Below, piece after piece: positions 11,891 to 24,600 of a stretch of 64,000 nt of DNA. The DNA is taken from positions 62,001 to 126,000 of the forward strand of contig NIVC01002063.1 of assembly GCA_002269645.1 (NCBI GenBank), in the 5' to 3' direction. The translations under genes were made by a program, and so were the position numbers. This DNA comes from Macrostomum lignano. Its lineage: Eukaryota. Each line of letters opens with the position of its first letter. The first letter of the stretch is position 1. The notes beneath the pieces are model-generated. The model was not told where the DNA came from. It saw only the letters and a list, made by a program, of their open reading frames with translations, and made no database searches.

Positions 11891-13437
11891 CCTTACGTTA
11901 ACCCAGCTGAAGCCATCCATCAAAAAATAACTCGAATGCTCATTTTACTTTTTTAAGTTAACTCAGAGCCGCACAAAAACTGCTTGTCACGCTATAGTAT
12001 CGAGTATGAATCAATTGAAAATATGAAACTTGTTTGTTGGAAAAAACATCACTAGCTGTTTTCTCAATATTTTGCTATGGGTACAATGTAGCAATTTACT
12101 TTGATGAATATTTCTGTATTTGTATCTGTATTCTCGTGCGATAGTCTATAGTTAAAGGCATCCCTTCATCACTCTCTATGAAAAGCAGATTGCACGACTC
12201 TACCCACTTAGACTACTGTTCAGTATGCCATCACTATCAGTAGTGTTAGTTGCGCAGTTTCATCCAATTTAATTTAAGGAACATTAAAAATAATTTAGCT
12301 AGTAAACTTCATGCTTATAATACCATATATACTCGTACGTTTAAGAGTCTTCTTTCCTGGTTTAATGACAATCAATGAAAAAACTGCAAAGCAGTTTTGC
12401 CTGTATACTTGAGTTTTGCATTGTTTTATCTGCAATATCTGCAATCCCAATTCATGCATTCAGTACCTAGCATTCATTATTATAGAAAACTATTCTATAC
12501 AGAACTTTAGAACCTCAACTTAACGCTTAAAAAATTCAATTTAACTCCATATCGTGGCTGCATAGGACTCAAGGAATTAATTAACAATTTAAGAAGCCTC
12601 TCCCGTCGCGACATCAGACGGGAAAGTCAGCACTGAAGTAAATGCAGTACCGCCTTAACACATGTTTGCTAGAACTGCCAACAACTGAGCATACAAGAAA
12701 TTCAATTAAACAAGCTGCGCTTCCGTGTCTATGCAGCTCAATTTTGAGTCTACTCACTCTCGCCTGCACTTCAAGTCAATTTTGCTTCCGGTTACCTCCC
12801 TCCTCAAGAGCTCACCTCACTATGCCTTGCACTATATCGCCTAGCTGCTTTGGGGTTCGTCGCCCTTAGCAACAGAAACTGATTGAAGGGATGAGACTTG
12901 CATAGAGAGAGAGAGAGAGAGAGGTAGAGAGAGGTTGAACAGGGAAAGGGATTTGAAGAGAAGAAACAGGGGACAGAGAGAGGGGGGGAGCAACGGTGGC
13001 GTGAGAGAGATGTACACTAAAGGTAGGCATGTGTCTGTCTGCTGAGCTACCGTGTGCACTCCCATCATTCCCTCTATCCTAGCTATGCTCAGCTTCTGCC
13101 CCCAACTCACCCGCCACCACCCAATAATCTGACACACACAAAAGAGAAACGCCCCGTGCTCTTCCCCTCCGCCAACAAAAAATTGCTGTTGTCGCAGGCA
13201 AGGGAACGACAGACAGAATTGCGGATCTACCCAGGCAGTGCTCAGCTCAAAACTCCCCTTCCTATTTTTCCAGTCTAAGCTGAGCTGTCGCAACAAAATA
13301 ATCGCAGCTTGTATATATATAGCTATAGAGAATCGGCCGCACCCAAAAAACTCATTTCACCCAGTGGGGGATTAAGCAGGCTACAGTCTAACTAAACTAA
13401 ACTACAAGCTGAAACAGTACGCTCGTACTGAGCAACC

Positions 13438-16400
13438 ATGGAAGCTGAAAGCGAGTACAAGACCAGGCACACCTACACGAAGAGCAATCGAGTTGTTGAG
13501 CACTCGGCATCAGTCAGGTGGCCTCAAACTACAGCGCCGTCGCTGAGCCGAGGAACCCCAGCCTCAGCCGCAGTCAGCCCAGCCTGCACGTGGCCGGCGG
13601 TGGCCGCTCATCGACCTCGATGTCGGTGACGCGAAGTCGACGCGGCTCCCTGGAGGCCGAAATTCCCGAAAACATTCGACAGGTTGTGGAGAATCGCAGT
13701 CGAAGTAAAAAAGAGATGCAAGGACTGAACGAGAGGCTGGCTGGGTTCATTGAGAAGGTTTGAATGTTTTACCTGTGTACCGGTATGATTTCTAAATATA
13801 TATTTTTTAATGGCTAGAAATTGCCACCGCACCCTGTGTGAGCGTGTTTGAGTGCGTGCCTGCGTACAGTATTGGCGCGATTGTGTATGCTCAGGAGTCA
13901 GCGGAATGGGCAGCATTGCCGTCAGCGCTGATTGCGTTGGACGATGTCGCCGAAAGGCTCTGTGTCGGGGAGCCACGGCCCTCCTAAACCCAGAAATGTT
14001 AGAAAGGCCTCATGCTGCATTGGCTCAAAAACTCTCGCCAACGCCCCCGCAGACGCGCTACCTCCAAGCGCAGAACAAAAAGCAGCGCGAAGAGCTCGAC
14101 TATCTGAAGTCACGCTGGGGCAAGGAGACCGAGAAGATCCGGCAGGCCTACGAGACTGAGCTGGCTCAAATGCGCCGGCTTCTCGATGAGGCCGAGAGGC
14201 TGAAGGGAGAGAAGGAGGCGAAGCTGGTCTCCGTGGACACGCAGCTGCGAGATCTGCGCGATCTGTGAGAGCCTTATTGGCTATTGGCTAAGCATAACTT
14301 TCATGAATCGTACAAATAACTCGTCAAACTTATGCAAAGAAAAATGCACATTGAAAGCGCATCAGATAGCGACGGCTCATATTTCTTAATGCGAACGTAA
14401 AAAGATTAGCTTAGAAAAGTAGATCCTGAAAGCCATTTCTGCGTTCCAAGAATAGATCATGACGTCATTTGTGTTAAAAAAATAGATCATAACATCAGTA
14501 TTGTAAAGTTCTAAATATAGATCATGACGTCATTAATGTAAGATCCTGAAAATAGATCAAACTGAGCCTTGTACACTTTATTCAGAAACAAGAAGCAGCT
14601 TAATGAAATACATAAAAACCAAAATCCCCCCCAGGTACAACAACTTGAACAGCCAGTTCGAGCACTGCGGCGAGAAAATGGACCGGATGCACCACGAATT
14701 GGCCGACCGGGACGGTGAAATCTCGCTACTTCGCCGCCGCCTGGGTCAGCTCGAAGACGAGAAGTCGCGTGTGAAGCAAGTGATGACGAAGATGAAGGAC
14801 GACATGGCCAGGATGCACACGGATCTGGAGTCCGAGACTGCCGGTCGAATTGCCGCCCAGACTGAGAATCAGACATTGCGCGAGGAGCTGCTGTTCCTGA
14901 AGCAGGTGCACGAGCAGGTGAGTGTCCTAGCTTTATTCATTCAGTCCCTGAAGTTTTCAGAGTCATTCAGCCCCTGAAGTTTTGAGATTCATTCAGCCCC
15001 TAAAGTTTCGAGATTCATTCAGCCCCTGAAGTTTTTAGATATTTATTTAGCTCCTAAAGTTTCGACATTCTTTCAGCCCCTGAAGTTTTAAAATTCATTC
15101 AGCCCCTGAAGTTTTCAGATTAATTTAGCCCATGAAGTTTCGAGATTCATTCAGCCCCTCAAGTTTTGAGATTCATTCAGCCCCTCAAGTTTTGAGATTC
15201 ATTCAGCCCCTCAAGTTTTGAGATTCATTCAGCCCCTGAAGTTTCGAGATTCATTCAGCCCCTGAATTTTCGACATTCTTTCAGCCCCTGAAGTTTTGAG
15301 ATTCATTCAACACCCGAAATTTCACTGCCCTCAGCCCTAAGTCACAGTTTGCATACCTTAAAAATCCTTCAGGAAATCATGGAACTCAAGGCGCTAATCA
15401 AGGTGAATGCAGACGACAGTCGAGAGTTCTGGAAGTCCGAACTCAGTCAAGCCATTCACGACATTCAGAAGGAATACGACGACAAGATTGATTCTGTGCG
15501 AGTTGAGCTGGAGGCGATCTACATGACCAAGGTTTGTGCGGACTATTCTGGAATTTTCAAGCCTGTATCACTAGTTCAATACAGTTTTATACTTTCTAAT
15601 ATATTCAGGTTATAGTCTAGTGGTCCAGAGCGTCGTAATTATGACTTGAAGGTCGGGGGTTCGATTCCCGATCCCACTCGGAACAATTTGTGTCCTTGAG
15701 CAAGACACTCAACTAACTGCATTGCGTCAGTTCACCCAGCTGTAAAATGGGTGCCAGCCTTAGCTGGGGGTAATGGAGGGTGCGTGTGGTGACCCCCCCC
15801 CCCCAGTCCTTGGACTGAACAGCCGTATGCAGCCTTCAGATGCGAAGGGGTGAGAAGAGACGAAGAGACTTAGATGAAGATGATATGAAAATGAAAATGA
15901 GCTAATAGAGAGAGTGAGATGAGACGTAGTATGAGATAAGAGCCGCTGAGCCGTAAAACCCAGGGAGAGATTAGAGACATGGTGAGAGAACAGCCCTAAG
16001 TCAGAAAGGCGACGCTGGTTGGACAGTGAATAAGTAAATAGGATCTCATAATATGCCTTCTAAAAAGGTTTCTGGGGCAGCTCGTAAAATCAGATATTGC
16101 CGGACCAATGCGAAACTTTCAGCTGCGAGAGATGGCCAAGAACCAGGCCCACGGGTCCACCGAGTCCACCTACCTAAAGGAGGAAAACAAGAAGCTGAAA
16201 GACAGCATCGCCGACCTCAGGAATCGGATTGCTGAGCTTCAGGCTCGGGTGAGCTGCATGGCTAACTTCATCTCTGATTCTCGGGTTAACCCTTGCCAGA
16301 TCCTCAGTTGCTGCCCCAGCCTGCCAGATCCTCAGTTGCTGGCCCAGCCTGCCAGATCCTCAGTCGCTGGGCCAGCCTCCTAGATTCTCAGTTGCTGGGC

Positions 16401-17589
16401 CAGCCTCCCCGATCCCCAGTCGCTGGGCCAGCCTCCCAGATTCTCAGTTGCTGGGCCAGCCTCCCCGATCCCCAGTTGCTGGGCCAGTCTCCCAGATCCC
16501 CAGTTGCTGGGCCAGCCTCCCAGATCCTCAGTTGCTGGCCCAGCCTCCCAGATCCTCAGTTCTCCTCCCAAACCTCCCAGATTATCAATTTAAATAAGAG
16601 CCATATCCAGACTCAAGAACACAACTCACCATCAACTGCCCCCCCCCAAACTTCGCCTCCAGAACGACCAGCTGGAGCGCCAGATTGAAGACGTTCGCCG
16701 AGACGCCGAGTCGGAGCGGCGCCGCTACGAGGAGGAGCTGGACCAGATGGACGCCGTGCGGCGGGCCATCGAGGACGACCTTCGCAGGGTGCTGCAGGAG
16801 ATGCAAGGCCTGATGGACGCGAAGATCAGCCTGGAGCTGGAGATCGCCGCCTACAGGAAGCTGCTGGACGCCGAGGGCAGCGCAATTGAAAGTCGGGAGG
16901 GCAGCTTTCGCAGCCAGGAAAAGCCCAGCGTGGTGATGGAGCAGCGAGTTGAGAGGCGCACCGAGGTTCACAGCAGCAGTGAGTTGTTGGGGTTTGATAA
17001 ACACTGCTGAAATCCCTGAGGGCCGCCCTCGGGGAGGATTTGGGAGGCTGGCCCAGCAACTGAGGATTTGGGAGGCTGGCCTAGCAACTGAGGATTTGGG
17101 AGGCTGGCCTAGCAACTGACACTCTGGGAGGCTGGTCCAGCAACTGGGGATCTGGGAGGCTGGCCCAGCAACTGGGGATCTGGGAGGCTGGCACAACAAA
17201 CTAAGGAACTGGGAGGCTGGCCCAACAAACTGAGGATCTGGGAGGCTGGCCGAGCCAGTACCAAGGCATCGCAGTCCTACCCCGAGACCACTGTCCCCAT
17301 GACACTCCCAGGAGGCGCGCACAGCGGTCACAGCGGCCCAGGCCTGCAGTCCAGCAGCCGCACTGTGACCTACAGCTCCAACACGAGCGTCGGGGGCGGC
17401 GGCAGCGGCGCGGTGACCTACGAAGCGAGGCCGGTCAGCACAGCGGATCCACAGCAGCAGCCACCACCGCTGCCTCCAGCGCAGACTCGTTCGCGGGCCA
17501 CTCCGGCCGCCGGACTTCCTGGAGGCGGCGGCGGTGGCGCCGGCGGAGGCGGAGGCGGAATTCTCAGGCAGCACGTGGCGAATGCTTGA
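13438..17589 (+). CDS. Cytoplasmic intermediate filament protein, protostome type with long coil 1B
   Basis: Exons: ~13438/13500-13757 (EMQGLNERLAGFIEK, coil 1A), 14053-14264 (TRYLQAQN...RWGKETEK), 14635-14917, 15373-15531 (EFWKSELSQAIHDIQ), 16123-16248, 16663-16978 (KISLELEIAAYRKLLDAE, IF rod-end signature), and a tail exon ~17255-17589 whose acceptor is uncertain. The head region contains an apparent frameshift near 13500. Confidence 0.92.
13828..13965 (+). mobile_element. Headless fragment of the SINE family A central domain (IF intron 1)
   Basis: GTACAGTATTGGCGCG..TGCTCAGGAGTC.GCGGAATGGGCAG is shared with the 46140-46260 segment. Confidence 0.65.
14938..15305. repeat. Minisatellite, ~26-27 bp unit (TTCATTCAGCCCCTGAAGTTTTGAGA)
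   Basis: Directly visible, immediately after a donor site. Confidence 0.9.
15608..15850 (+). mobile_element. tRNA-derived CORE(MIR)-like SINE, family B
   Basis: A box TAGTCTAGTGG and B box GGTTCGATTCC, then TGTGTCCTTGAGCAAGACACTCAAC...CAGTTCACCCAGCTGTAAAATGGG, resembling the MIR core GTGACCTTGGGCAAGTCACTTAACC...CAGTTTCCTCATCTGTAAAATGGG. Confidence 0.8.
16294..16560. repeat. ~29-bp unit array (forward)
   Basis: CCAGATCCTCAGTTGCTGGGCCAGCCT copies. Confidence 0.9.
17038..17250. repeat. ~29-bp unit array (inverted relative to 16294-16560)
   Basis: GGGAGGCTGGCCCAGCAACTGAGGATCTG copies. Confidence 0.9.
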
Positions 17590-17837
17590 GTTAGAAGTTA
17601 AAAAAGTCAAATGTAAACTTCGACCACGCTATAAGCAGGCTTGCCCAATGGATTACAATTAACTACATGTACCTGGAACTGTCTGATATAAATTTATTAA
17701 AATGTTTTTTAAGAAAAAGCAGGTCTTTTAATTTGCCGTTTGTTTTTTTGACTTTTTCTCGACATTCCCGCACGGTTTGTAGTTGGTTATCATTACGTCG
17801 TTTTGTGAAACTTTTTTTGTTTTAAAAAGGCTTCTTT

Positions 17838-19560
17838 CTAGGGTGTTTATATCATATTGTTTAGGGTGTTTATATCATCCTGTTTAGGGTGATTATGTCG
17901 TCCTGTTTAGGGTGTTTATATCATCCTGTTTAGGGTGTTTATATCATCCTGTCTAAGGTGTTTATATCCGTCTGTTTAAGCTGTTTATATCATCCTATTT
18001 AGGCTGTTGATATCATCCTATTTAGGTTGTTGATATCATCCTATTTAGGTTGTTGATATCACACTGTTTAGGCTGTTGATATCATCCTATTTAGGTTGTT
18101 GATATCATCCTGTTTAGGCTGTTTATATCATCCTATTTAGGCTGTTTATATCATCCTATTTAGGTTGTTGATATCATCCTGCTTAGGCTGTTGATATCAT
18201 CCTATTTAGGTTGTTGATATCACACTGTTTAGGCTGTTGATATCATCCTATTTAGGTTGTTGATATCATCCTGCTTAGGCTGTTGATTTCATCCTGTTTA
18301 GGCTGTTGATATCATTCTGTTTAGGGTGTTTATATCATCCTATTTAGGTGGTTGATATCATACTGTTTAGGCTATTGATATCATCCTATTTAGGTTGTTG
18401 ATATCATCCTGTTTAGGCTGTTGATATCACACTGTTTAGGCTGTTGATATCATCCTATTTAGGTTGTTGATATCATCCTGCTTAGGCTGTTGATATCATC
18501 CTATTTAGGTTGTTGATATCATCCTATTTAGGTTGTTGATATCACACTGTTTAGGCTGTTGATATCATCCTATTTAGGTTGTTGATATCATCCTGCTTAG
18601 GCTGTTGATATTATCCTGTTTAGGCTGTTGATATCATTCTGTTTAGGGTGTTTATATCATCCTATTTAGGGTGTTTATATCATCCTATTTAGGTTGTTGA
18701 TATCATACTGTTTAGGCTATTGATATCATCCTATTTAGGTTGTTGATATCATCCTGTTTAGGCTGTTGATATCATTCTATTTAGGTTGTTGATATCACCC
18801 TGTTTAGGCTGTTGATATCATCCTGTTTAGGCTGTTGATATCAATTCTGTTTAGGCTGTTGATATCATTCTGTTTAGGCTGTTGATATCATCCTATTTAG
18901 GCTGTTGATATCATCATGTTTAGGCTGTTGATATCATCCTGTTTATGGTGTTTATATCATCCTGTTAAGGCTGTTGATATCATCCTATTTAGGGTGTTTA
19001 TATCATCCTATTTAGGTTGTTGATATCATACTGTTTAGGCTATTGATATCATCCTATTTAGGTTGTTGATATCATCCTGTTTAGGCTGTTGATATCATTC
19101 TATTTAGGTTGTTGATATCATCCTGTTTAGGCTGTTGATATCATCCTGTTTAGGCTGTTGATATCAATTCTGTTTAGGCTGTTGATATCATTCTGTTTAG
19201 GCTGTTGATATCATCCTATTTAGGGTGTTTATATCATCCTGTTTAGGCTGTTGATATCATTCTATTTAGGTTGTTGATATCATCCTGTTTAGGCTGTTGA
19301 TATCATCCTGTTTAGGCTGTTGATATCAATTCTGTTTAGGCTGTTGATATCATCCTGTTTAGGCTGTTGATATCAATTCTGTTTAGGCTGTTGATATCAA
19401 TTCTGTTTAGGCTGTTGATATCATTCTGTTTAGGCTGTTGATATCATCCTATTTAGGCTGTTGATATCATCATGTTTAGGCTGTTGATATCATCCTGTTT
19501 ATGGTGTTTATATCATCCTGTTAAGGCTGTTGATATCATCCTATTTAGGGTGTTTATATC
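17838..19560. repeat. Minisatellite, 23-bp unit (GTTGATATCATCCTGTTTAGGCT)
   Basis: Directly visible. Confidence 0.95.
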
Positions 19561-20518
19561 ATCTACTTTAAATCCAATTTTCGAAGATTAGTTTTACTTC
19601 TCATGAAACAAACAAAGGAGTCGCTGTTGAGCTGCTCCTTAACAATTTTAACCGCTGCACTAAAAGGCGGGATCAAGTGTTCGTTTGTTTATCTTTTTCG
19701 CTTTATTTGATAGCTGTCAGAAAAATTCATTTCATTTGGCCTGCCTTAACCTCGAAACACAGAACGCACAAGACTTTGTCGCTACTTACTTAGTAGTTCC
19801 GATTGTTTAAATTTAAACCAATTTTGTAACTTTGTGTCCATTTTTAAGACCATAGCGTTTTTACTTTTCTATAGTTGTTTTAATAGTCTCATATATTCAT
19901 GTAAGAACGTCTTCAAATTTTGTTCAAATTGTGTTTATCTCCACAAAAAATGACTCACTCTATCCAGGTGTAAAACTTTTGCCTTATCATGCCAATTTTT
20001 GAAAGCAACAAAAATAGCTTTAATATAGCGCCTGTTTTATTTACCAGAAAATTTAGAGCACTTAGCAAATGTTTAAATGCACGCGCAACCGCTTCTCCTG
20101 CTCTACTTATAGTAGTCTGTGTCAGACTCATTAGCACCAAATAATTATATTTTATGCTCGAAATATTAAACGATTTCTTGGAATAAAACTAATAAAAAAC
20201 AACTATTACAGAAGGAATGCTTGACGCATTCTAAAATGATTATTGTTAGCGATATCAATAACCTGGCCGGCATTTGTCTCCTTGTCATTATTTTAGTCTA
20301 TATGATTATTTTTATAAAACTAATTTCAAAGAGTGAAACAGGTTGCCAGTAGTAGTAGTATGTAGGGAATTTTGTGAAGTTTTTTGTATTAAAAAAGCTT
20401 ATTTCTGGGTCGTTTATATGTTTAGTTTATGCTGTTTATATCATCCTGTTAAGTGTGTTTACATCGTCCAGTTTAGGGTGTTCATATCATCCAGCTTAGA
20501 GTCCAGATTTACTGGATA

Positions 20519-20790
20519 AGTAGTAATGGCAGTAGTAGTAGTAGTAGTAGTGGCAGTAGTAGCAGTAGTAGTAGTAGTGGCAGTAGTAGCAGTAGTAGTA
20601 GTAGTGGCAGTAGTAGTGGCAGTAGTAGTAGTAGTAGTAGTGGCAGTAGTAGTGGCAGTAGTAGCAGTAGTAGTAGTAGTAGTGGCAGTAGTAGCAGTAG
20701 TAGTAGTAGTAGTGGCAGTAGTAGCAGTAGTAGTAGTAGTAGTAGTAGAAGTAGTACGAGCTAGTAGTAGTACTAGTGGTAGTACTAGTT
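20519..20790. repeat. (GTA)n/(GCA) trinucleotide repeat
   Basis: Directly visible. Confidence 0.95.
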
Positions 20791-21204
20791 TTAGCAGCAG
20801 CAGTAGTATCTCAAGCCAATAAAAAGTAAGAGTAAACCGCACGTGTAAACGACCGTCTTCCTCAATTTCTCTCATTGAACCGCTGCCTGTTAACACAACA
20901 CAGCCGTCTTCAGTTCCATAGTTTACGATTAAAAGTATACAAACTTGCAATTATATTTGACCTAACAATTTACAAACTTAAACATAATCAACTAATTTTA
21001 GAATCGAAAAAAGATATTTTTTTCCTTAAAGCCAACAGCATATCGATGGGTTACAAAAGCAGTAAAAATGCATTAGAAAGTGGATTGCAAGCTTGTAATC
21101 ATAGGCTCGCGAAACGCAATTTATTAAAATATTTTCACTGACCCAATGCTTCTACAGATCTGACCCCAATCAATATACTTACTCTATAGATCTGACCCCA
21201 AAAC

Positions 21205-21612
21205 CCCTACAGACATGACCTCAAAACCCCTACAGACCTGACCCCAAAACCCCTACAGACCTGACCCCAAAACCCCTACAGACCTGACCCCAAAACCCCT
21301 ACAGACCTGACCCCAAAACCCTACAGACCTGACCCCAAAACCCCTACAGACCTGACCCCAAAACCCCTACAGACCTGACCCCAAAACCCCTACAGACCTG
21401 ACCTCAAAACCCCTACAGACCTGACCCCAAAACCCCTACAGACCTGACCCCAAAACCCCTACAGACCTGACCCCAAAACCCCTACAGACCTGACCCCAAA
21501 ACCCCTACAGACCTGACCCCAAAACCCCTACAGACCGGACCCCAAAACCCCTACAGACCTAACCCCAAAACCCCTACAGACCTGACCCCAAACCCCTGCA
21601 GACCTGACCCCA
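21205..21612. repeat. Minisatellite, 23-bp unit (CTGACCCCAAAACCCCTACAGAC)
   Basis: Directly visible, just past the SNAPC3 stop. Confidence 0.95.
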
Positions 21613-21642
21613 AACCTCAAGCTGATCACACAGCACTACAAT

Positions 21643-24600
21643 TCAAATGCAAAAAGCGCAGAAAGGCACCCGCTTGCTGCCGTCAGCACTCAGCAGAGCC
21701 ACTCTGCAACAGTCAATACAAGCGCACATGGTCTCGTCAAACAGCTCGTCGCAATCTGAAATCAAAAGTTCAGCCCGAGCCGAGCGGCACAGCTGGCAGT
21801 CTCGGTAGGCGAAAGTCAACGAGGAGAAGCCGTGACTGAATCTGGCTAACGGCAGATGCTCGGGATCGGTCGCTGGATGCTTCAAGCTGACGTCAGAGAA
21901 CACTATTATGTGCTCGCAGTTGGCCGCGTGCTGGTACAGGTAAAGCTCTCCTAGTCTCAAGGTTAGCGACGAGATTCTAGTTGACTCCATCGTGTGAGCA
22001 GTTAGTGATTCGCCAAATTCTTGTCTGGCTTTGGAGTTTTCCGACAGCCACTTCAACACCGTGGCGCTGAGTCGGCGGTTAAACGGTAATCGACAATCGT
22101 CATAGAGACCAAGGCCAATGTGAAACATTGACGAGGTGTACACGTCGCGACTGCGGGAACAGCGCTCCGACATGGCCTGTCGAGGGTTGTCGCTGGACAG
22201 CTGGCGGTGGGGTTGCAAGGTGAGGCGATTCTTAGAGTTAAGAGTGGTCTAAAGGCGATTGCTAAAGTCATTTAGAGGCGATTCTTAGGGTGGTCTAAAA
22301 GCGATTGCCAAAGACATTTAGGGGCGATTCTTAAAGTGGTCTAAAAGCGATTGCCAAAGACATTTAGGGGCGATTCTTAAAGTGGTCTAAAAGCGATTGC
22401 CAAAGACATTTAGGGGCGATTCTTAAAGTGGTCTAAAAGCGATTGCCAAAGACATTTAGGGGCGATTCTTAAAGTGGTCTAAAAGCGATTGCCAAAGACA
22501 TTTAGGGGCGATTCTTAAAGTGGTCTAAAAGCGATTGCCAGAGACATTTAGGGGCGATTCTTGAAGTGGTCTAAAAGCGATTGCCAGACATTTAGGGGCG
22601 ATTCTTAAAGTGGTCTAAAAGCGATTGCCAGACATTTAGGGGCGATTCTTAAAGTGGTCTAAAAGCGATTGCCAGAGACATTTAGAGGCGATTCTTAAAG
22701 TGGTCTAAAAGCGATTGCCAAAGACATTTAGGGGCGATTCTTAAAGTGGTCTAAAAGCGATTGCCAGAGACATTTAGGGGCGATTCTTGAAGTGGTCTAA
22801 AAGCGATTGCCAGACATTTAGGGGCGATTCTTAAAGTGGTCTAAAAGCGATTGCCAGACATTTAGGGGCGATTCTTAAAGTGGTCTAAAAGCGATTGCCA
22901 GAGACATTTAGAGGCGATTCTTAAAGTGGTCTAAAAGCGATTGCCAAAGACATTTAGGGGCGATTCTTAAAGTGGTCTAAAAGCGATTGCCAGACATTTA
23001 GGGGCGATTCTTGAAGTGGTCTAAAAGCGATTGCCAGACATTTAGGGGCGATTCTTAAAGTGGTCTAAAAGCGATTGCCAGAGACATTTAGGGGCGATTC
23101 TTAAAGTGGTCTAAAAGCGATTGCCAGACATTTAGGGGCGATTCTTAAAGTGGTCTAAAAGCGATTGCCAGAGACATTTAGGGGCGATTCTTGAAGTGGT
23201 CTAAAAGCGATTGCCAGACATTTAGGGGCGATTCTTAAAGTGGTCTAAAAGCGATTGCCAGACATTTAGGGGCGATTCTTAAAGTGGTCTAAAAGCGATT
23301 GCCAGAGACATTTAGGGGCGATTCTTAAAGTGGTCTAAAAGCGATTGCCAAAGAAATTTAGGGGCGATTCTTAAAGTGGTCTAAAAGCGATTGCCAGAGA
23401 CATTTAGGGGCGATTCTTAAAGTGGTCTAAAAGCGATTGCCAAAGACATTTAGGGGCGATTCTTAAAGTGGTCTAAAAGCGATTGCCAGACATTTAGGGG
23501 CGATTCTTAAAGTGGTCTAAAAGCGATTGCCAGAGACATTTAGGGGCGATTCTTGAAGTGGTCTAAAGGCGATTCCTAAAGCCAGTTTGAGGCGATTCTT
23601 TAAGTGGTCTAAAGGCGATTGCCAAAGACATTTAGGGACGATTCTTAGAGTGGTCTAAAGGCGATTCTTAATGCAATTTAGAGGCGATTCTTAGAGTGGT
23701 CTAAAGGCGATTCCTAATGCAATTTAGAGGCGATTCTTAGAGTGGTCTAAAGGCGATTCCTAATGCAATTTAGAGGCGATTCTTAGAGTGGTCTAAAGGC
23801 GATTCCTAATGCAATTTAGAGGCGATTCTTAGAGTGGTCTAAAGGCGATTCCTAATGCAATTTAGAGGCGATTCTTAGAGTGGTCTAAAGGCGATCTCTA
23901 AGCTATTCAGAGGCGATTCTTAGGGTGGTCTAAAGGCGATTGTTAAAAACATTTAGGGGCGATTCTTAGGGTGGTCTAAAGGCGATTCCTAAAGCCATTC
24001 ATAGGCGATTCTTAGAGTGGTCTAAAGGCGATCGCCAAAGGCATTTAGAGGCGATTCTTAGGGTGATCTAAAGGCGATTGCTAAAAACATTTAGGGGCAA
24101 TTCTTAGGGTATTCAGGAGCGATTTCTAAAAAGTATACTACTAGTAGGTATTTTGCCTTTGGCATAAAAGGAAGCAATAAGGCCAGTGTTTTCCGATTCG
24201 AGATTAAATAATCCGTGCAGTTGTCCAGCTAAATTCTAAATAGCGCATTCCTGCTAAATTTACTCATGGGTTAATAATTTCATAGCTAAGTTTTTGCAGT
24301 GCCCTATCTTGACCCTTTGTCAGTAGATGACTGCTGTACAATAAGGTTGAATACATATAATGTAGCTGATGTAGAAGGCTTCGTACGGCTGTTAGGTCCA
24401 AGGACTGGGGGAGGGGGGTCTCCACACACAACCTCAATTACCCCAGCTAATGCTGGCACCCATTTTACAGCTGGGTGAACTGAAGCAATGCAGAGTTAAG
24501 TGTCTTGCTCAAGGACACTAATTGTTCCGAGTGGGATCGGGAATCGAACCCCCGACCTTTAAGTCGTGAGTTCGACGCTCTGACCACTAGGCTACAAACC

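Noticed and set aside
13852-14052. In-frame N-terminal extension of IF exon 2 suggested by the ORF track
   Set aside because: It is intron 1 sequence containing a SINE fragment. The junction FIEK|TRYL restores the conserved coil 1A.
15608-15680. Functional tRNA genes at the SINE heads (also 24530-24602, 45953-46020, 6575-6642)
   Set aside because: A and B boxes are present but run directly into shared SINE bodies, without a proper acceptor stem or terminator.
13438-17589. Nuclear lamin
   Set aside because: No NLS, Ig-like tail domain or CaaX box was seen. The WGKET linker is typical of invertebrate cytoplasmic IFs.
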